A DNA stretch of 64,000 nucleotides from Candidatus Latescibacterota bacterium (GCA_965203175.1 OZ241867.1:1152001-1216000); one strand, 5' to 3'; positions 46,751-56,760 are shown, numbered from the stretch's first letter. The notes: generated from the sequence alone by a model not told the origin. Program-made: numbers and translations.

Positions 46751-48349
46751 TCACTCTACGACAAAGGTCGCCCGGGTCTCTTGGCTCTCTTCGTACCCAA
46801 TGCGAATTGCCTTGGCCCGCAAGGTGGTCGTCCCAACTTCCATGCGCAACGGCTCGGTGTAGAGGTGCCAGTGCGGATCGTCGTCCACGGCGTACGCCAT
46901 AGAAGCCCCCTGCGTGGCGCAGTGGAGTTGCACCAGCAGCGGTCCCCGGAATGTACCGCCTTCCAGCGCTGGCTCAGTCCCAGGGCCGTCGGCACAGATG
47001 GGCACGCACACCGGCGAGGCCGTCTGCGGCTGTTGGCCATCGGGATACCACTGCCGCACCATTTCGCTTTCCGCCATGCGGCCCATGTCGCCTATTTCTT
47101 CCAGCCATTCGTCCAAGGCACCGCGCAGGCGATCCCGCTCCGGCTGGTACTGGGGATTGGCCGCCAAGTTGTCGATCTCGTGCGGATCGGCTTCGGTGTC
47201 GTACAGCTCTTCGACCGGCCTCGGGTAGCGGAACATGACCGATTGCGTCTCATTCAGTTCGTCGGCCAAGTGCAAGCGCCACATCTCCTGCACAATGGGG
47301 TGCCGATTGCGATAGGGAATCCACGCCAAGTAGGGCAGGTCTGGCCGGCAGTTGCGGATGTACTTAAAGCGGCGGTCGCGCACCGCTCGCACCATGTCGT
47401 ACGCCTCGTCGTGCCGGTCGCGGCTCGCGTATATGTACTCCCTGGGCGGTTGGGCTTGGCGGCCCAGAAACGCGCGGCCCTGCATGTGGGCGGGCACGTC
47501 AATCCCCGCGAGCGAGAGCACCGTAGGGCCTAGATCAACGGTGCTTACCAAGTCCTCGCAGACCTCCCCTGCTTCCATGCCGGGGCCCCGGGCGATCAGG
47601 GGTACGCGAATGCCTGAGTCGTACGGCCAGCGCTTGCCGCGCGGCAGCGGGCCGTGATCGCTCCAGTGAAAGACGTACGTATTCTCGGACAAGCCGTCTT
47701 CGTCGAGTTGTTGCAGGAGTTGGGATAGCTCTTGGTCGCTGTGCGCAATATTTGTGTACATCCGCGCCATGGCTTGGCGTACTGCGGGGGTATCGGGAAA
47801 ATAGGGCGGCAGCGGGATGGCATCCGGGTCGAACTCCGGTTCCGGGCACTTCTCCGGCCACATGCCGCTTTCGTGGGTGCGCGTGGGATTGAAGACCGCG
47901 AAAAACGGCTGGTCTGGATCGGGGCGGTCGCGCCAGTGAGCGTGCGCGCCGAGCGCATCCCAAGCCGTCAGCGGGGGAGTAAACTGGTAGTCGGTCTTGG
48001 CGTTGTTGCTGCAGTAGTAACCAGCCGCCCGCAGGTATTCCGTGAAGCACTTTACGTAGTGCGGCACGACAGCCGAATACGGCGTGGGCATCTCCGGAGT
48101 AGCGCGATTGGCGTGCGTCGTGCGCATGTGGTGGGTGCCCATGGAGATCGCGTACATGCCGGTGATAACGGCCGACCGGGCCGGGGCACAGACGCCGGCC
48201 GTGGAGAAACAGCGCGTCCAGCGGCATCCCTCGGTTGCGAGCCGGTCCAACGTGGGCGTGCGCGCCACCGGGTCGCCGTAGCACCCGTACCGGGGGTTGG
48301 TATCCTCAAATGAAATCCACAGGAAATTGGGTTTGCGATCCTTAGCCAT
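46751..48349 (-). CDS. Cys-type sulfatase with C-terminal FN3-associated/chitobiase-like domain
   Basis: KPNFLWISFED, CAPARSAVITG (CxPxR), SDHG, GKRW.YD.G, ELYD; C-terminal GASMAY...Y.EP...TLRAKAIRIGY..S. Confidence 0.9.
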   Translation of the reverse strand: MAKDRKPNFLWISFEDTNPRYGCYGDPVARTPTLDRLATEGCRWTRCFSTAGVCAPARSAVITGMYAISMGTHHMRTTHANRATPEMPTPYSAVVPHYVKCFTEYLRAAGYYCSNNAKTDYQFTPPLTAWDALGAHAHWRDRPDPDQPFFAVFNPTRTHESGMWPEKCPEPEFDPDAIPLPPYFPDTPAVRQAMARMYTNIAHSDQELSQLLQQLDEDGLSENTYVFHWSDHGPLPRGKRWPYDSGIRVPLIARGPGMEAGEVCEDLVSTVDLGPTVLSLAGIDVPAHMQGRAFLGRQAQPPREYIYASRDRHDEAYDMVRAVRDRRFKYIRNCRPDLPYLAWIPYRNRHPIVQEMWRLHLADELNETQSVMFRYPRPVEELYDTEADPHEIDNLAANPQYQPERDRLRGALDEWLEEIGDMGRMAESEMVRQWYPDGQQPQTASPVCVPICADGPGTEPALEGGTFRGPLLVQLHCATQGASMAYAVDDDPHWHLYTEPLRMEVGTTTLRAKAIRIGYEESQETRATFVVE

Positions 48350-48421
48350 AAACTCCTTGCCTTACTTGTTGCTAACAAAGTAATGGTTCGAACCTCCCGC
48401 GCCTCCCACGCCGCGCCGAAA

Positions 48422-48449
48422 ACTGTAGCGAGACGCGGCGAACTGTCAA
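48422..48449 (-). promoter_or_regulatory. sigma70-type promoter TTGACA-N16-TACAGT for the sulfatase operon
   Basis: Minus strand: -35 at 48449-48444, -10 at 48427-48422. Confidence 0.5.
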
Positions 48450-48515
48450 GCGCGTGATTTAACTGCACCTCGACCGTTTGCGCGCCGGGACAGGGTTGTT
48501 TGCCGCATACTCGTT

Positions 48516-48530
48516 GCGCATACTATGCGC
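48516..48530. promoter_or_regulatory. Palindrome GCGCATA-C-TATGCGC overlapping a TACTAT -10-like hexamer upstream of cfa
   Basis: Perfect 7-bp inverted repeat about 30 bp upstream of the cfa ATG. Confidence 0.35.
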
Positions 48531-48558
48531 TGCCATTTCTCAAAATAGACGAGCCTCC

Positions 48559-49668
48559 ATGAATCAGCACGCCTATCGCCGCCTAGAAGCACTGCTAAAA
48601 GAGGCCGACGTGCGCATCGGCGGAGATCGGCCTTGGGATGTAGCGGTCCACGACGACCGCTTTTTCGCACACGTGCTAGCCCACGGATCGCTGGGCGCGG
48701 GCGAGGCGTACATGGATGGGTGGTGGGACTGCCCGCAGCTAGACGAACTTTGCGCACGGATTTCGCGCGGCCGGCTGGACCTAAAGTTGCGCGGTCGGCT
48801 TCTGCCTTATCTGAAGTCACGGCTGCTCAACCTGCAAACGCCTGCCCGCTCCTTCCAAGCCGGCCAGTACCACTACGATATAGGGAACGATCTGTACCGG
48901 GCTATGCTCGACCAGCGCATGATCTACAGCTGCGGTTACTGGCGCAATGCCGCCAATTTAGACGAGGCACAAGAGGCCAAGCTCGACTTGTGCTGCCGCA
49001 AGCTAGGGCTAGAACCGGGGATGAGCCTACTCGACATCGGCTGCGGCTGGGGGGGCACCCTGCGGTTTGCGGTCCAGCGCTATGGAGTCAAGGGGGTGGG
49101 CGTCACCGTTTCCAAAGAGCAGGCAAAACTGGCGGAGGAGACGTGCCACGGGCTGCGAGTGGAGATTCGCTTGCAGGACTACCGCGCCTTAGACGAGCGC
49201 TTTGACCGCATCTTGTCGATCGGCATGTTCGAGCACGTGGGCGTCAAGAACTACTCGACCTTCATGCACACGGTCAAACGCTGCCTAGCGCCAGACGGCC
49301 GCTTTTTACTGCACACCATCGGCCGCAACAACTCGGCGGCCAGCAACGATCCTTGGGTTGAGCGCTACATTTTCCCCAACTCCGTGCTGCCTTCCGCCAA
49401 GCAGATTACCAGGGCTGCCGAGGAGCTCTTCGTCTTAGAGGACTGGCACGCCTTCGGCCAGCATTACGACCGGACGCTGATGGCTTGGTACGCCAACTTC
49501 AACGAGGCTTGGAGCGAACTCAAGGCCCACTACGACGAGCGCTTCTACCGGATGTGGACGTTCTACCTGCTGACCAGCGCCGGCTCCTTCCGCGCCCGGT
49601 CCAACCAACTCTGGCAAGTACTCTTCTCATCCAACGGGATTGAAGGGTCCTACGAAGTGCCTCGGTAA
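48559..49668 (+). CDS. cfa: Cyclopropane-fatty-acyl-phospholipid synthase
   Basis: GEAYMDGWW, HYDIGNDLY, YSCGYW, AQEAKL, LDIGCGWG, SIGMFEHVG, YIFP, FYRMW. Confidence 0.93.
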   Translation: MNQHAYRRLEALLKEADVRIGGDRPWDVAVHDDRFFAHVLAHGSLGAGEAYMDGWWDCPQLDELCARISRGRLDLKLRGRLLPYLKSRLLNLQTPARSFQAGQYHYDIGNDLYRAMLDQRMIYSCGYWRNAANLDEAQEAKLDLCCRKLGLEPGMSLLDIGCGWGGTLRFAVQRYGVKGVGVTVSKEQAKLAEETCHGLRVEIRLQDYRALDERFDRILSIGMFEHVGVKNYSTFMHTVKRCLAPDGRFLLHTIGRNNSAASNDPWVERYIFPNSVLPSAKQITRAAEELFVLEDWHAFGQHYDRTLMAWYANFNEAWSELKAHYDERFYRMWTFYLLTSAGSFRARSNQLWQVLFSSNGIEGSYEVPR

Positions 49669-49706
49669 AGAGTAATTGCAAAAATAAAACATTCAGGAGG
49701 TCAATC

Positions 49707-50264
49707 TTGAGCGAAGTGAAACACCTAGCCATGGAAGTGCTGACCGCCGGGCTAGACGATATTCGTCAGTCGCCCAAAGCCACGGGCGCATTGGAACTCA
49801 TCGTGCGGCGGCCGCAGACCGAAGCGCGGGAAGTCTTAGACGTGGGGGAACTCGATTTAGTCGAAGGGCTGGTGGGCGACAATTGGAAACAGCGCGGCAG
49901 TTCGCAAACTGCAGATGGATCGGCGAATCCAGATACGCAACTCACGCTGACTAACGCCCGCTTGATGGCCCTAGTGGCCCAAGAAAAGGAGCGTTGGCCT
50001 TTGGCAGGGGATCAGCTATACGTCGACTTCGACCTAAGCGTGGACAACATACCGCCCGGGACTCGCCTGTCTCTCGGCGCGGCCGTAATCCAAATCACGG
50101 AGCCACCCCACACCGGTTGCAAAAAATACGCCGCGCGCTTTGGGCTGGACGCCCTGAAATTTGTCAATTCCCGGGTGGGCAGACAGCTTCGGCTGCGCGG
50201 CGTCAACGCCAAGGTCATTCGCCCAGGCGCAATACGGGTTGGAGACGCCGTGAAGAAGCTGTGA
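49707..50264 (+). CDS. MOSC domain protein
   Basis: AGGAGG RBS; GLVGD, LAGDQL.VD.DLS, PHTGCKK, RGVNAKV..PG.I..GD. Confidence 0.85.
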   Translation: MSEVKHLAMEVLTAGLDDIRQSPKATGALELIVRRPQTEAREVLDVGELDLVEGLVGDNWKQRGSSQTADGSANPDTQLTLTNARLMALVAQEKERWPLAGDQLYVDFDLSVDNIPPGTRLSLGAAVIQITEPPHTGCKKYAARFGLDALKFVNSRVGRQLRLRGVNAKVIRPGAIRVGDAVKKL

Positions 50265-50312
50265 TCCCAGCCTAGCCCCGGCCGACTCTGGCCGAGGACC
50301 GGTCGCGTGGTT

Positions 50313-50774
50313 CTAAAACCCGCCGCCCTGCGGGCCATCTCCACCCCCGCGCGGCCCACCGCGCTGGCGCTGCTGCTGGCGTTGCGCCTGCTGCAGATGC
50401 GCTTTTAGAGCCTCGATCTGCTCGGCGTCTAACGCCGTGGCGAGCGCGGCCATGATCTTCTCGCGCATCTTGCTCTGCTGCTCGCGCATTTTCTCGCGCA
50501 GAGCCCGAAAATCGGTCTCGCCGCGGCCGCCGCTGAACATTTCCGCCATCATCTGCCGTTGCTCAACGAATAGTGGCTTAAGCGCTTGTCGCAGTGCGAT
50601 TAGCTGCTTGTCGGTCACGTTGAACTTCTCATCAAAGGCCAGTAGGCTAAAAATCTGCTCCGGTGCTATGCCGCCGCCCATGCCGCCACGCCTGCCTCCT
50701 GGCTGGGCTTCGAGCGCCACGGCGCTCGACAAACAAACAGCGACAACCCACAGGGATATCTTGCGAATGCACAT
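50313..50774 (-). CDS. Secreted helical protein, Spy/CpxP-like, with Gly/Arg-rich ends
   Basis: AAGGAG RBS; signal peptide; VTDKQ and LDAEQ (LTxEQ-like) motifs. Confidence 0.55.
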   Translation of the reverse strand: MCIRKISLWVVAVCLSSAVALEAQPGGRRGGMGGGIAPEQIFSLLAFDEKFNVTDKQLIALRQALKPLFVEQRQMMAEMFSGGRGETDFRALREKMREQQSKMREKIMAALATALDAEQIEALKAHLQQAQRQQQRQRGGPRGGGDGPQGGGF

Positions 50775-50896
50775 TATGGTTCTCCTTGTAAAATTTTGAG
50801 GGACACTACAGCGAATTAGACACCCCGTCGCCGCGATTTATTCCCGCGCTTTTGCGGGGGTTGATACAATCGCAGAGGTGGGATACTCCCTAGGGC

Positions 50897-52321
50897 CTAG
50901 TACGTCCACTGTCGCGGCAGCGGTCGCTCGCGCTCTAGCAGCCGCTCTAGTAGCTGCTTGCGGACCGCTTGCAACCGGTTGGCGTATTCGCTCTCACCCG
51001 CCACATCCTCGTAGGCCAGTGGGTCGCGCTCCAAGTCGAAGAGAGCCTCCGCTCCGCTCGCGTCCACCAAGTAGCGCAACCCTTCCACGCGCAACGTCTT
51101 CCAGTTGGATTGCGGTTTCGTCGGCGTCATTTCCGTGATGGCACAGCCGGGGCCAGCGCCCTCCTCGCCGCGCAGATCGGCTAAGAGGGAACTGCCTTGC
51201 AACGCGTCCGGACGCTGAATTGCGGCGGCTTCCAGCAGCGTCGGCACCACGTCCAATGCCTCGACGATGCGAGAGCAACGTCCACCAGCACTTGATCCGG
51301 CAGGCCAGCGCATCAGCAGGGGTACTCGCGAGGCCGCGTCGTGCCCGGGGTAGCCCTTGCCGTAGCGCAGGTGTTCGCCGAGCCATTCGCCGTGGTCGGA
51401 CGTGAAGACGACGATGGTATTGTCCGCAATGCCGAGGGCGTCGAGCCGGTCGAGAATGCGACCGACGTGGTGATCGACCTCGGAGACCATCGCGTAATAG
51501 CCGTGGCGCGCGGAGCGTAACTCATCGTCGGAAAAGTGCTGTGGGCCTCGGCGGGCGTCGAGAGCCGGAGGGAAAGGCGGCAGCGGCAGCGCGGCTGGGT
51601 CGTATAGATCGAGGAACTCCTGGGGAGCCACCCACGGATCGTGCGGCGAATAGAACCCGGCGATGCAGAGAAAAGGGCCGTCCCTGTGGCGCGTCATAAA
51701 CTCCATGGTCTGCTCGGCGACAAACGCCGTGTGGGTCAACTCGCTGCGACAGCGGCTGGCCAAGGCGCGTTTGACAAAGCGCTCTTCTGGATGCGCGATC
51801 CCGTCGCGGACGTTCATGATCCGCTTCCACTCGATTGAACTGGGTGCCTCGCCGAGGCTGACGTGGTCGAGTTGCTCCGGGGCCTGCGCTGCTACCCAAG
51901 CGCGGTAGGCATCGTGGTAGGAACCCGGTTCGTCCGAGATTTCCAAGTGGTCAAAACCGTAGTCGGGATGGGGCTCGCGGTGATCGCGGTTGGCGTGCGG
52001 CAGAAAGTGCAGCTTGCCAATCTGGCCGCTGCAATAGCCGTAGTTGCGCAGCAGGCGCGGCAAGGTCGGCGCGTCCTCGGGCACGGGCACGCCCATGTGC
52101 GAAAGCCCTAGCGTGGCCGGATACTGCCCGGTGAGAAAGCTCACGCGGCTGGGCATGCAGACCGGATTCTGCACAAAGCAGTGGTCGAAGTTTACCCCAG
52201 CGGCAGCGAGCCGGTCCAAGTGCGGCGTGCGGATTTCGGAGTTGCCGTTGGTGCCGAGGGCGTCCCACCGCTGCTGATCCGTGTAGAGTACGAGGATATT
52301 CGGTCGCTGCATGATTGGCAT
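50897..52321 (-). CDS. Sulfatase family protein (choline-sulfatase-like)
   Basis: RPNILVLYTDQQR, CMPSR, GKLH, PHDP, SDHG, LFDL. Confidence 0.9.
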   Translation of the reverse strand: MPIMQRPNILVLYTDQQRWDALGTNGNSEIRTPHLDRLAAAGVNFDHCFVQNPVCMPSRVSFLTGQYPATLGLSHMGVPVPEDAPTLPRLLRNYGYCSGQIGKLHFLPHANRDHREPHPDYGFDHLEISDEPGSYHDAYRAWVAAQAPEQLDHVSLGEAPSSIEWKRIMNVRDGIAHPEERFVKRALASRCRSELTHTAFVAEQTMEFMTRHRDGPFLCIAGFYSPHDPWVAPQEFLDLYDPAALPLPPFPPALDARRGPQHFSDDELRSARHGYYAMVSEVDHHVGRILDRLDALGIADNTIVVFTSDHGEWLGEHLRYGKGYPGHDAASRVPLLMRWPAGSSAGGRCSRIVEALDVVPTLLEAAAIQRPDALQGSSLLADLRGEEGAGPGCAITEMTPTKPQSNWKTLRVEGLRYLVDASGAEALFDLERDPLAYEDVAGESEYANRLQAVRKQLLERLLERERPLPRQWTY

Positions 52322-52363
52322 GAATTCCTTGGAGATGCTGTGCGGATGAAACCAGAACGCCGA

Positions 52364-52501
52364 TTACGTCTTGGGCTGAGTCGGCTTCTTTCGCCAGCCC
52401 CGAAACAGGCGTTGCGGAAAATCCGGGCCGATGAGCGGACTCAGCGGAAACCAAAGCACCGCGTGGACGACCTTGATAATTTTGTACAAGACGTTTTTCA
52501 T
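52364..52501 (-). CDS. Small 45-aa hydrophobic/basic protein (not in the ORF track)
   Basis: MKNVLYKIIKVVHAVLWFPLSPLIGPDFPQRLFRGWRKKPTQPKT*. Its ATG overlaps the SCO gene TGA (ATGA), has a purine-rich upstream sequence, and fills the intergenic gap. Confidence 0.5.
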   Translation of the reverse strand: MKNVLYKIIKVVHAVLWFPLSPLIGPDFPQRLFRGWRKKPTQPKT

Positions 52502-53121
52502 GGCTTTTCTTTCTCGGCAAAGAGTTGCTCGGCTACCGCGGCCATCAGCTCTGGGCCGTCGCTCTGGCGGAAGAGGAACCGCACCTTGCCCTGCTGATCG
52601 ATCAGGTAGGTATAGGTCGAGTGATCAACTAAGTACGAGGCCTGCTCCTCTCCGAGGGAATAATGGGCACCATATTGGCGCACCACTTGGTCGATTTCCT
52701 CCTTGTTGCCGCGCAGGCCAATCGCATCAATAGCGAAGTAGTCGAGGTATTCCGCCAGCTTCTCCTGCGTGTCGCGCTTGGGATCCACGGTGACGAAGAG
52801 AGTCGTCAGCTCATGCAGGTCCTCGTCTAAGAGCTGATAGACGCGGCCCATCTTCGACAGGGTCACTGGGCAGATGTCGGGGCAATAGGTGTACCCGAAG
52901 AAGAGCATGGCGGCCTGGCCGCGCAAACTTTGCAACTCAAAGCGCGCGCCGTGCTGATCCACGAGCGCGAAATCGCCGCCAATGCCGCCGAAATCCTGCA
53001 ATGAGGGGACCTCCACAGGGGCGGGGGTTTCGACCGGGACCTTTTGGGCCTCCGGCTGCGCGCCGCAAGCTGCGAGCAGTGCGAAAACCGAGCAACAGAC
53101 CAGCGCGTCAATCGCTTTCAT
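52498..53121 (-). CDS. SCO1/SenC family copper-binding lipoprotein
   Basis: Lipobox LAAC; FFGYTYCPDIC (CxxxC), TVDPKRD, VDHS. Confidence 0.92.
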   Translation of the reverse strand: MKAIDALVCCSVFALLAACGAQPEAQKVPVETPAPVEVPSLQDFGGIGGDFALVDQHGARFELQSLRGQAAMLFFGYTYCPDICPVTLSKMGRVYQLLDEDLHELTTLFVTVDPKRDTQEKLAEYLDYFAIDAIGLRGNKEEIDQVVRQYGAHYSLGEEQASYLVDHSTYTYLIDQQGKVRFLFRQSDGPELMAAVAEQLFAEKEKP

Positions 53122-53548
53122 AAAGACCTTTCTTCTGCACCGGCATTTGTATGCGCCTTTCCGTTCCATCGCCAAAGCGCAGCACCAACTCCACCTCGTC
53201 GCCGTCCCGTAGTGGCTGGCGCAGTTCCATCAGCATCAGGTGGGTGCCGCCCGGCTTCAGTGCGACCTCTTCGCCTGCTGGGATTTGTAGCTCTGAGACT
53301 TGCCGCATCGTCATCCGGTCGTCTTTGTATTCCATTACGTGTATCTCGGTTTGTCCGGCGGCTTCGGTTGTCGCGGCGACCAATGCGACGGGGGCACCGC
53401 CCCGGTTTTCAATGACCAAATAACCAGCGACCGGGCTGCGCGGCGGTGGTTCCCGGATCCAAGCGTCGCGCACGACGATGGGATCGCCGGAATGCTCTTG
53501 TCCGCATCCGACTACCGTGACCAACAAAAAAGCAACGACAATTTTCAT
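53108..53548 (-). CDS. Copper chaperone PCu(A)C
   Basis: DAWIRE, AGYLVIEN, EIHVM...MTMR, LKPGGTHLML. Confidence 0.92.
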   Translation of the reverse strand: MKIVVAFLLVTVVGCGQEHSGDPIVVRDAWIREPPPRSPVAGYLVIENRGGAPVALVAATTEAAGQTEIHVMEYKDDRMTMRQVSELQIPAGEEVALKPGGTHLMLMELRQPLRDGDEVELVLRFGDGTERRIQMPVQKKGLYESD

Positions 53549-53578
53549 CGATGTTTTCCTTCGGCCAGCCGTCGACTC

Positions 53579-54391
53579 TCAGCCCTTGACACCAATCGCC
53601 CCAACCATGGGCGGCGATGCAATGCTAGCTTGCGGATCGCGGGCGTTTGCCTGCCACTCTTCCCAGTGCGCCGCGCACTCTTCCTCGCTCAGTACGCCAC
53701 GCACCACAAGGTCGGGCAGATACACGCGCAGGAACTGCTCTATCCAGCACCAGAGACGGTTGCCTGGGCGGGCAATACCGCCGATCGGGACGACCTCCAC
53801 GGCCTCCAAATCACACTGCGCCATTAGCTCCGGCAGCTTCCCACCGATCTCCAATCGATCTCCAAAACTCTCATGGACCGCCTCCAACACGCGCCGCAAG
53901 TGGGGATGCTCAATCCGGGCGACAAACGCCCCATAAGCGCAGTAATCCACAACCACTAAGCGCCCTCCCGGTCTCAGGACCCGTGCTACCCGCTCTATCA
54001 CCCCTTGTGGCTCCTCTATGAAGCAGAACAACCAGCGGGCAAACGCAGTGTCCATAGAAGCGGCAGGCAGGTCGAGAGTGCGGACATCCGCTACGGCGAC
54101 CTCGACTTGCTGCAAGCCGGCTGACGCGGCGCGGTGCCGGAGAAAATCCGCGAACTTCGGCGACCCATCAACTGCCAAGACGCGCCCCTCTGCTCCCACG
54201 CACTCGGCCAGTTCTAAGCTGGTAAAGCCGGGTCCACAGCCTAGATCGAGAATCGCCTGTCCGGTGCTGAACTCGGCACGCTCCCACAAGTCTGCGGTCT
54301 CGGGGTGCCACGTGTTGTGCTGCGCTTGCAGGCGGCGCAGTTCCTCGTCGTCGGTCCCCAACAAGTAATCGCGTTCGGCAGCGGTGTTCAC
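53579..54391 (-). CDS. Class I SAM-dependent methyltransferase
   Basis: YLLG, LDLGCGPG, RVLRPGG. Confidence 0.85.
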   Translation of the reverse strand: MNTAAERDYLLGTDDEELRRLQAQHNTWHPETADLWERAEFSTGQAILDLGCGPGFTSLELAECVGAEGRVLAVDGSPKFADFLRHRAASAGLQQVEVAVADVRTLDLPAASMDTAFARWLFCFIEEPQGVIERVARVLRPGGRLVVVDYCAYGAFVARIEHPHLRRVLEAVHESFGDRLEIGGKLPELMAQCDLEAVEVVPIGGIARPGNRLWCWIEQFLRVYLPDLVVRGVLSEEECAAHWEEWQANARDPQASIASPPMVGAIGVKG

Positions 54392-54397
54392 GAATGC

Positions 54398-55618
54398 TTA
54401 CTCCGGCGGCAGCACCAAGTACTCGCCCTCGCGGATCCCATAGCTGTCGCCGAGTTCGGGGTAGTCAATCCCCGCGCGGCCATTCCAATCCCAGACCACT
54501 TCGCCGTCCTTGACCGTCAGTTCGCAAAACAGCCGCTGGTGGCCGTCCAACCGGCCGTCGAACGAATCGGCGTAGCCAAAATTCCCCTCCATCAGCTGCA
54601 AGACTGCCACATCGGCCACGGCACCTACTGACAGGTGGCCCAACTCAGGGTGGCCAATCTCCCGCGCCGGGTTGATGGTTGAGGCGCGGATGACCTCGCC
54701 AAGCGGCATGCCCATCACCAGAAATTTCGACATGGTCGTCGCCATGTCGAGCATACCCATGTTCATGCAGAGGACGTGCAGGTCGGTCGAAATCGAGTCT
54801 GGATAGAAGCCTTGGGCTATGGCTGGGACCGCGTTGCGAAAACAGAAACTGCCGCCACCGTGCCCCACGTCCAAGATGACGCCCCTTGCCCGCGCCTCGT
54901 GCAGATAGGGCAGCACCTTGCCCTCCGCGTCAAACCACGGCGTCGGTCCGCGGAAGATGTGGGTGCTTATGTCGCCCGGGCGCAATCTTTCGCCCAAGAG
55001 CTGGTAGTAGGGCCGCTCCTTTCTGAAGTAGCCAAAGTCGATCATTACCCGCGTCGCGGCCTTTTCGGCTGCCGTGAGCGCGCGATCGACCGAAATCCAT
55101 TCGGGGCCTATGTAGTGCGCCGTCTTGATGCCGACGACTACGTCCTCGTTTTCCCGCGCCACGCCCGCCGTCTTGTCGGGATTCATATCGTACGGATTTT
55201 GCTCGTGGTCGATTGACGTCATTCCGGTACCGGCGATATTGACCAGCGCGAAGAGCCGCGTCTGGCAGCGGTCGATTACCCGATAGCGAAAGTCCTCGAA
55301 GTTACGCCAGCCTGCGCTTCCGGTATCCACCAGCGTCGTCACGCCGGTGCGGAAACTAAAGCCGTCGGGCAGGATGCTGTTGTCGCCAGCCCACGTATCG
55401 CGGTGGCCGGCCGTGGCATAGGCATGGATGTGGATGTCCACTAGCCCCGGCGTCACGTAGAGTCCGCTCACGTCGATGACCTGCCCGGCACCTTCGGTCG
55501 GCAAGTCCGCATCTATGGCCGCGATCACTTTCCCCTGGATGCCGATGTCCCGGGGCGCGTCAATGCCGTTTTGGGGGTCGATCAAATGACCGCCCTTGAG
55601 TATGAGATCAAACTGCAT
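54398..55618 (-). CDS. Amidohydrolase/deacetylase family metallohydrolase (dihydroorotase-like)
   Basis: PGLVDIHIH, GVTTLVDTGSAG, GIK, DVGHGGGSF, STDLH, NPA. Confidence 0.85.
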   Translation of the reverse strand: MQFDLILKGGHLIDPQNGIDAPRDIGIQGKVIAAIDADLPTEGAGQVIDVSGLYVTPGLVDIHIHAYATAGHRDTWAGDNSILPDGFSFRTGVTTLVDTGSAGWRNFEDFRYRVIDRCQTRLFALVNIAGTGMTSIDHEQNPYDMNPDKTAGVARENEDVVVGIKTAHYIGPEWISVDRALTAAEKAATRVMIDFGYFRKERPYYQLLGERLRPGDISTHIFRGPTPWFDAEGKVLPYLHEARARGVILDVGHGGGSFCFRNAVPAIAQGFYPDSISTDLHVLCMNMGMLDMATTMSKFLVMGMPLGEVIRASTINPAREIGHPELGHLSVGAVADVAVLQLMEGNFGYADSFDGRLDGHQRLFCELTVKDGEVVWDWNGRAGIDYPELGDSYGIREGEYLVLPPE

Positions 55619-55719
55619 AGTGAGACTTCTCCGAGAATTTGATGGAGATTAGAAGATAAAAAACAGCGTCGCTGTCTGCTACGCGCCCAGCAGCCGGCCT
55701 CAGCATTGGGGCCGCAACT

Positions 55720-56760
55720 TCAGGCCGATGCCTCCACATGCGAGGGCAGCTTGCGCGTAAATCGCGCAAACAGTGCTCTGAGTACTGCGTCGCTGCGCGC
55801 CGCAAGGCTGGTCACGATCACGGTTGCCCAGACGCTGCGCCGCGAAATTTTGACCTGCTGTCCACTGGTAAAATCCGCGTGGGCGTGGATGCGCCGCAAC
55901 GTCAGCACGGCCATGCCCAAGGCCCAAAGGCAGAACCGGCGAATGCCGGTTTCGCGCCCGGGGATGAGCAATGTGAACGCCAGCGCATTGCCGAGGTGCA
56001 TCTGAGCCACGCCGACCAATTGGCTCAGTGCCATGCGGAACGCGGGATTCGTCTGGCCGGCCTCGAGTGAGCGCAGATCAAACCCGGCTTGCTGGAACAC
56101 GTCGCGCGGCAGCCAACACGCGCCGCGCGCCCGGTCGTCCCAGATGTCCTTGAGGATGTTGGTCATCTGCAAGCCTTGGCCGAACGACACGGCGAGTTGC
56201 AACAACTTCTTGCGATGGCGCTCGATTTCCGCCGAATAGTCGCAGAACAGCTCGGTGAGCATCTCGCCGACGACGCCGGCGACGTGGTAGCAATAGCGGT
56301 CGAGATGGGAGAGATCGTCTAGGCCCTTGAGGCCCGGGCTTTGCTGAAATTCGGCCATGCCACGCGACATGATCCGCACGCAGCGCACGAGTGCGGCGCG
56401 CTGCCGCTCGGAAAACCCTTGCGTGATCCGCAGCACCCGAGGAGTGTTGGCCACGAGTTGGCGTTCGGCGGGCAGCATGCTGTCGGACAGGCACGGCGCG
56501 AGTTGCTCGGCGAATGGGGCGGGCGGCTCCTCTCCGGCGACGACCCGGATGAATCGCTCGGAAAACTCGCGTTTCCCATCGGCCGACAGAGTTGGCTCAT
56601 CCTCGATAGTGTCCGCGATGCGGCACAGCAAATACGCGTTGCCGACCACATCGCGCAGGCCCGAGGGAAGCTGCGGAATGGTCAGCGCAAACGTGCGCGA
56701 GACATCTTGCAGGATCTCGCCCTGCCACGCCAGATCAGCGGTATGTTCGTCAGTCGTCAT
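55720..56760 (-). CDS. Squalene synthase-type (farnesyl-diphosphate farnesyltransferase) squalene/phytoene synthase family protein
   Basis: VSRTFA, YLLCRIADTIEDE, YCYHVAGVVG, GLQMTNILKD, RGACWLP. Confidence 0.85.
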   Translation of the reverse strand: MTTDEHTADLAWQGEILQDVSRTFALTIPQLPSGLRDVVGNAYLLCRIADTIEDEPTLSADGKREFSERFIRVVAGEEPPAPFAEQLAPCLSDSMLPAERQLVANTPRVLRITQGFSERQRAALVRCVRIMSRGMAEFQQSPGLKGLDDLSHLDRYCYHVAGVVGEMLTELFCDYSAEIERHRKKLLQLAVSFGQGLQMTNILKDIWDDRARGACWLPRDVFQQAGFDLRSLEAGQTNPAFRMALSQLVGVAQMHLGNALAFTLLIPGRETGIRRFCLWALGMAVLTLRRIHAHADFTSGQQVKISRRSVWATVIVTSLAARSDAVLRALFARFTRKLPSHVEASA

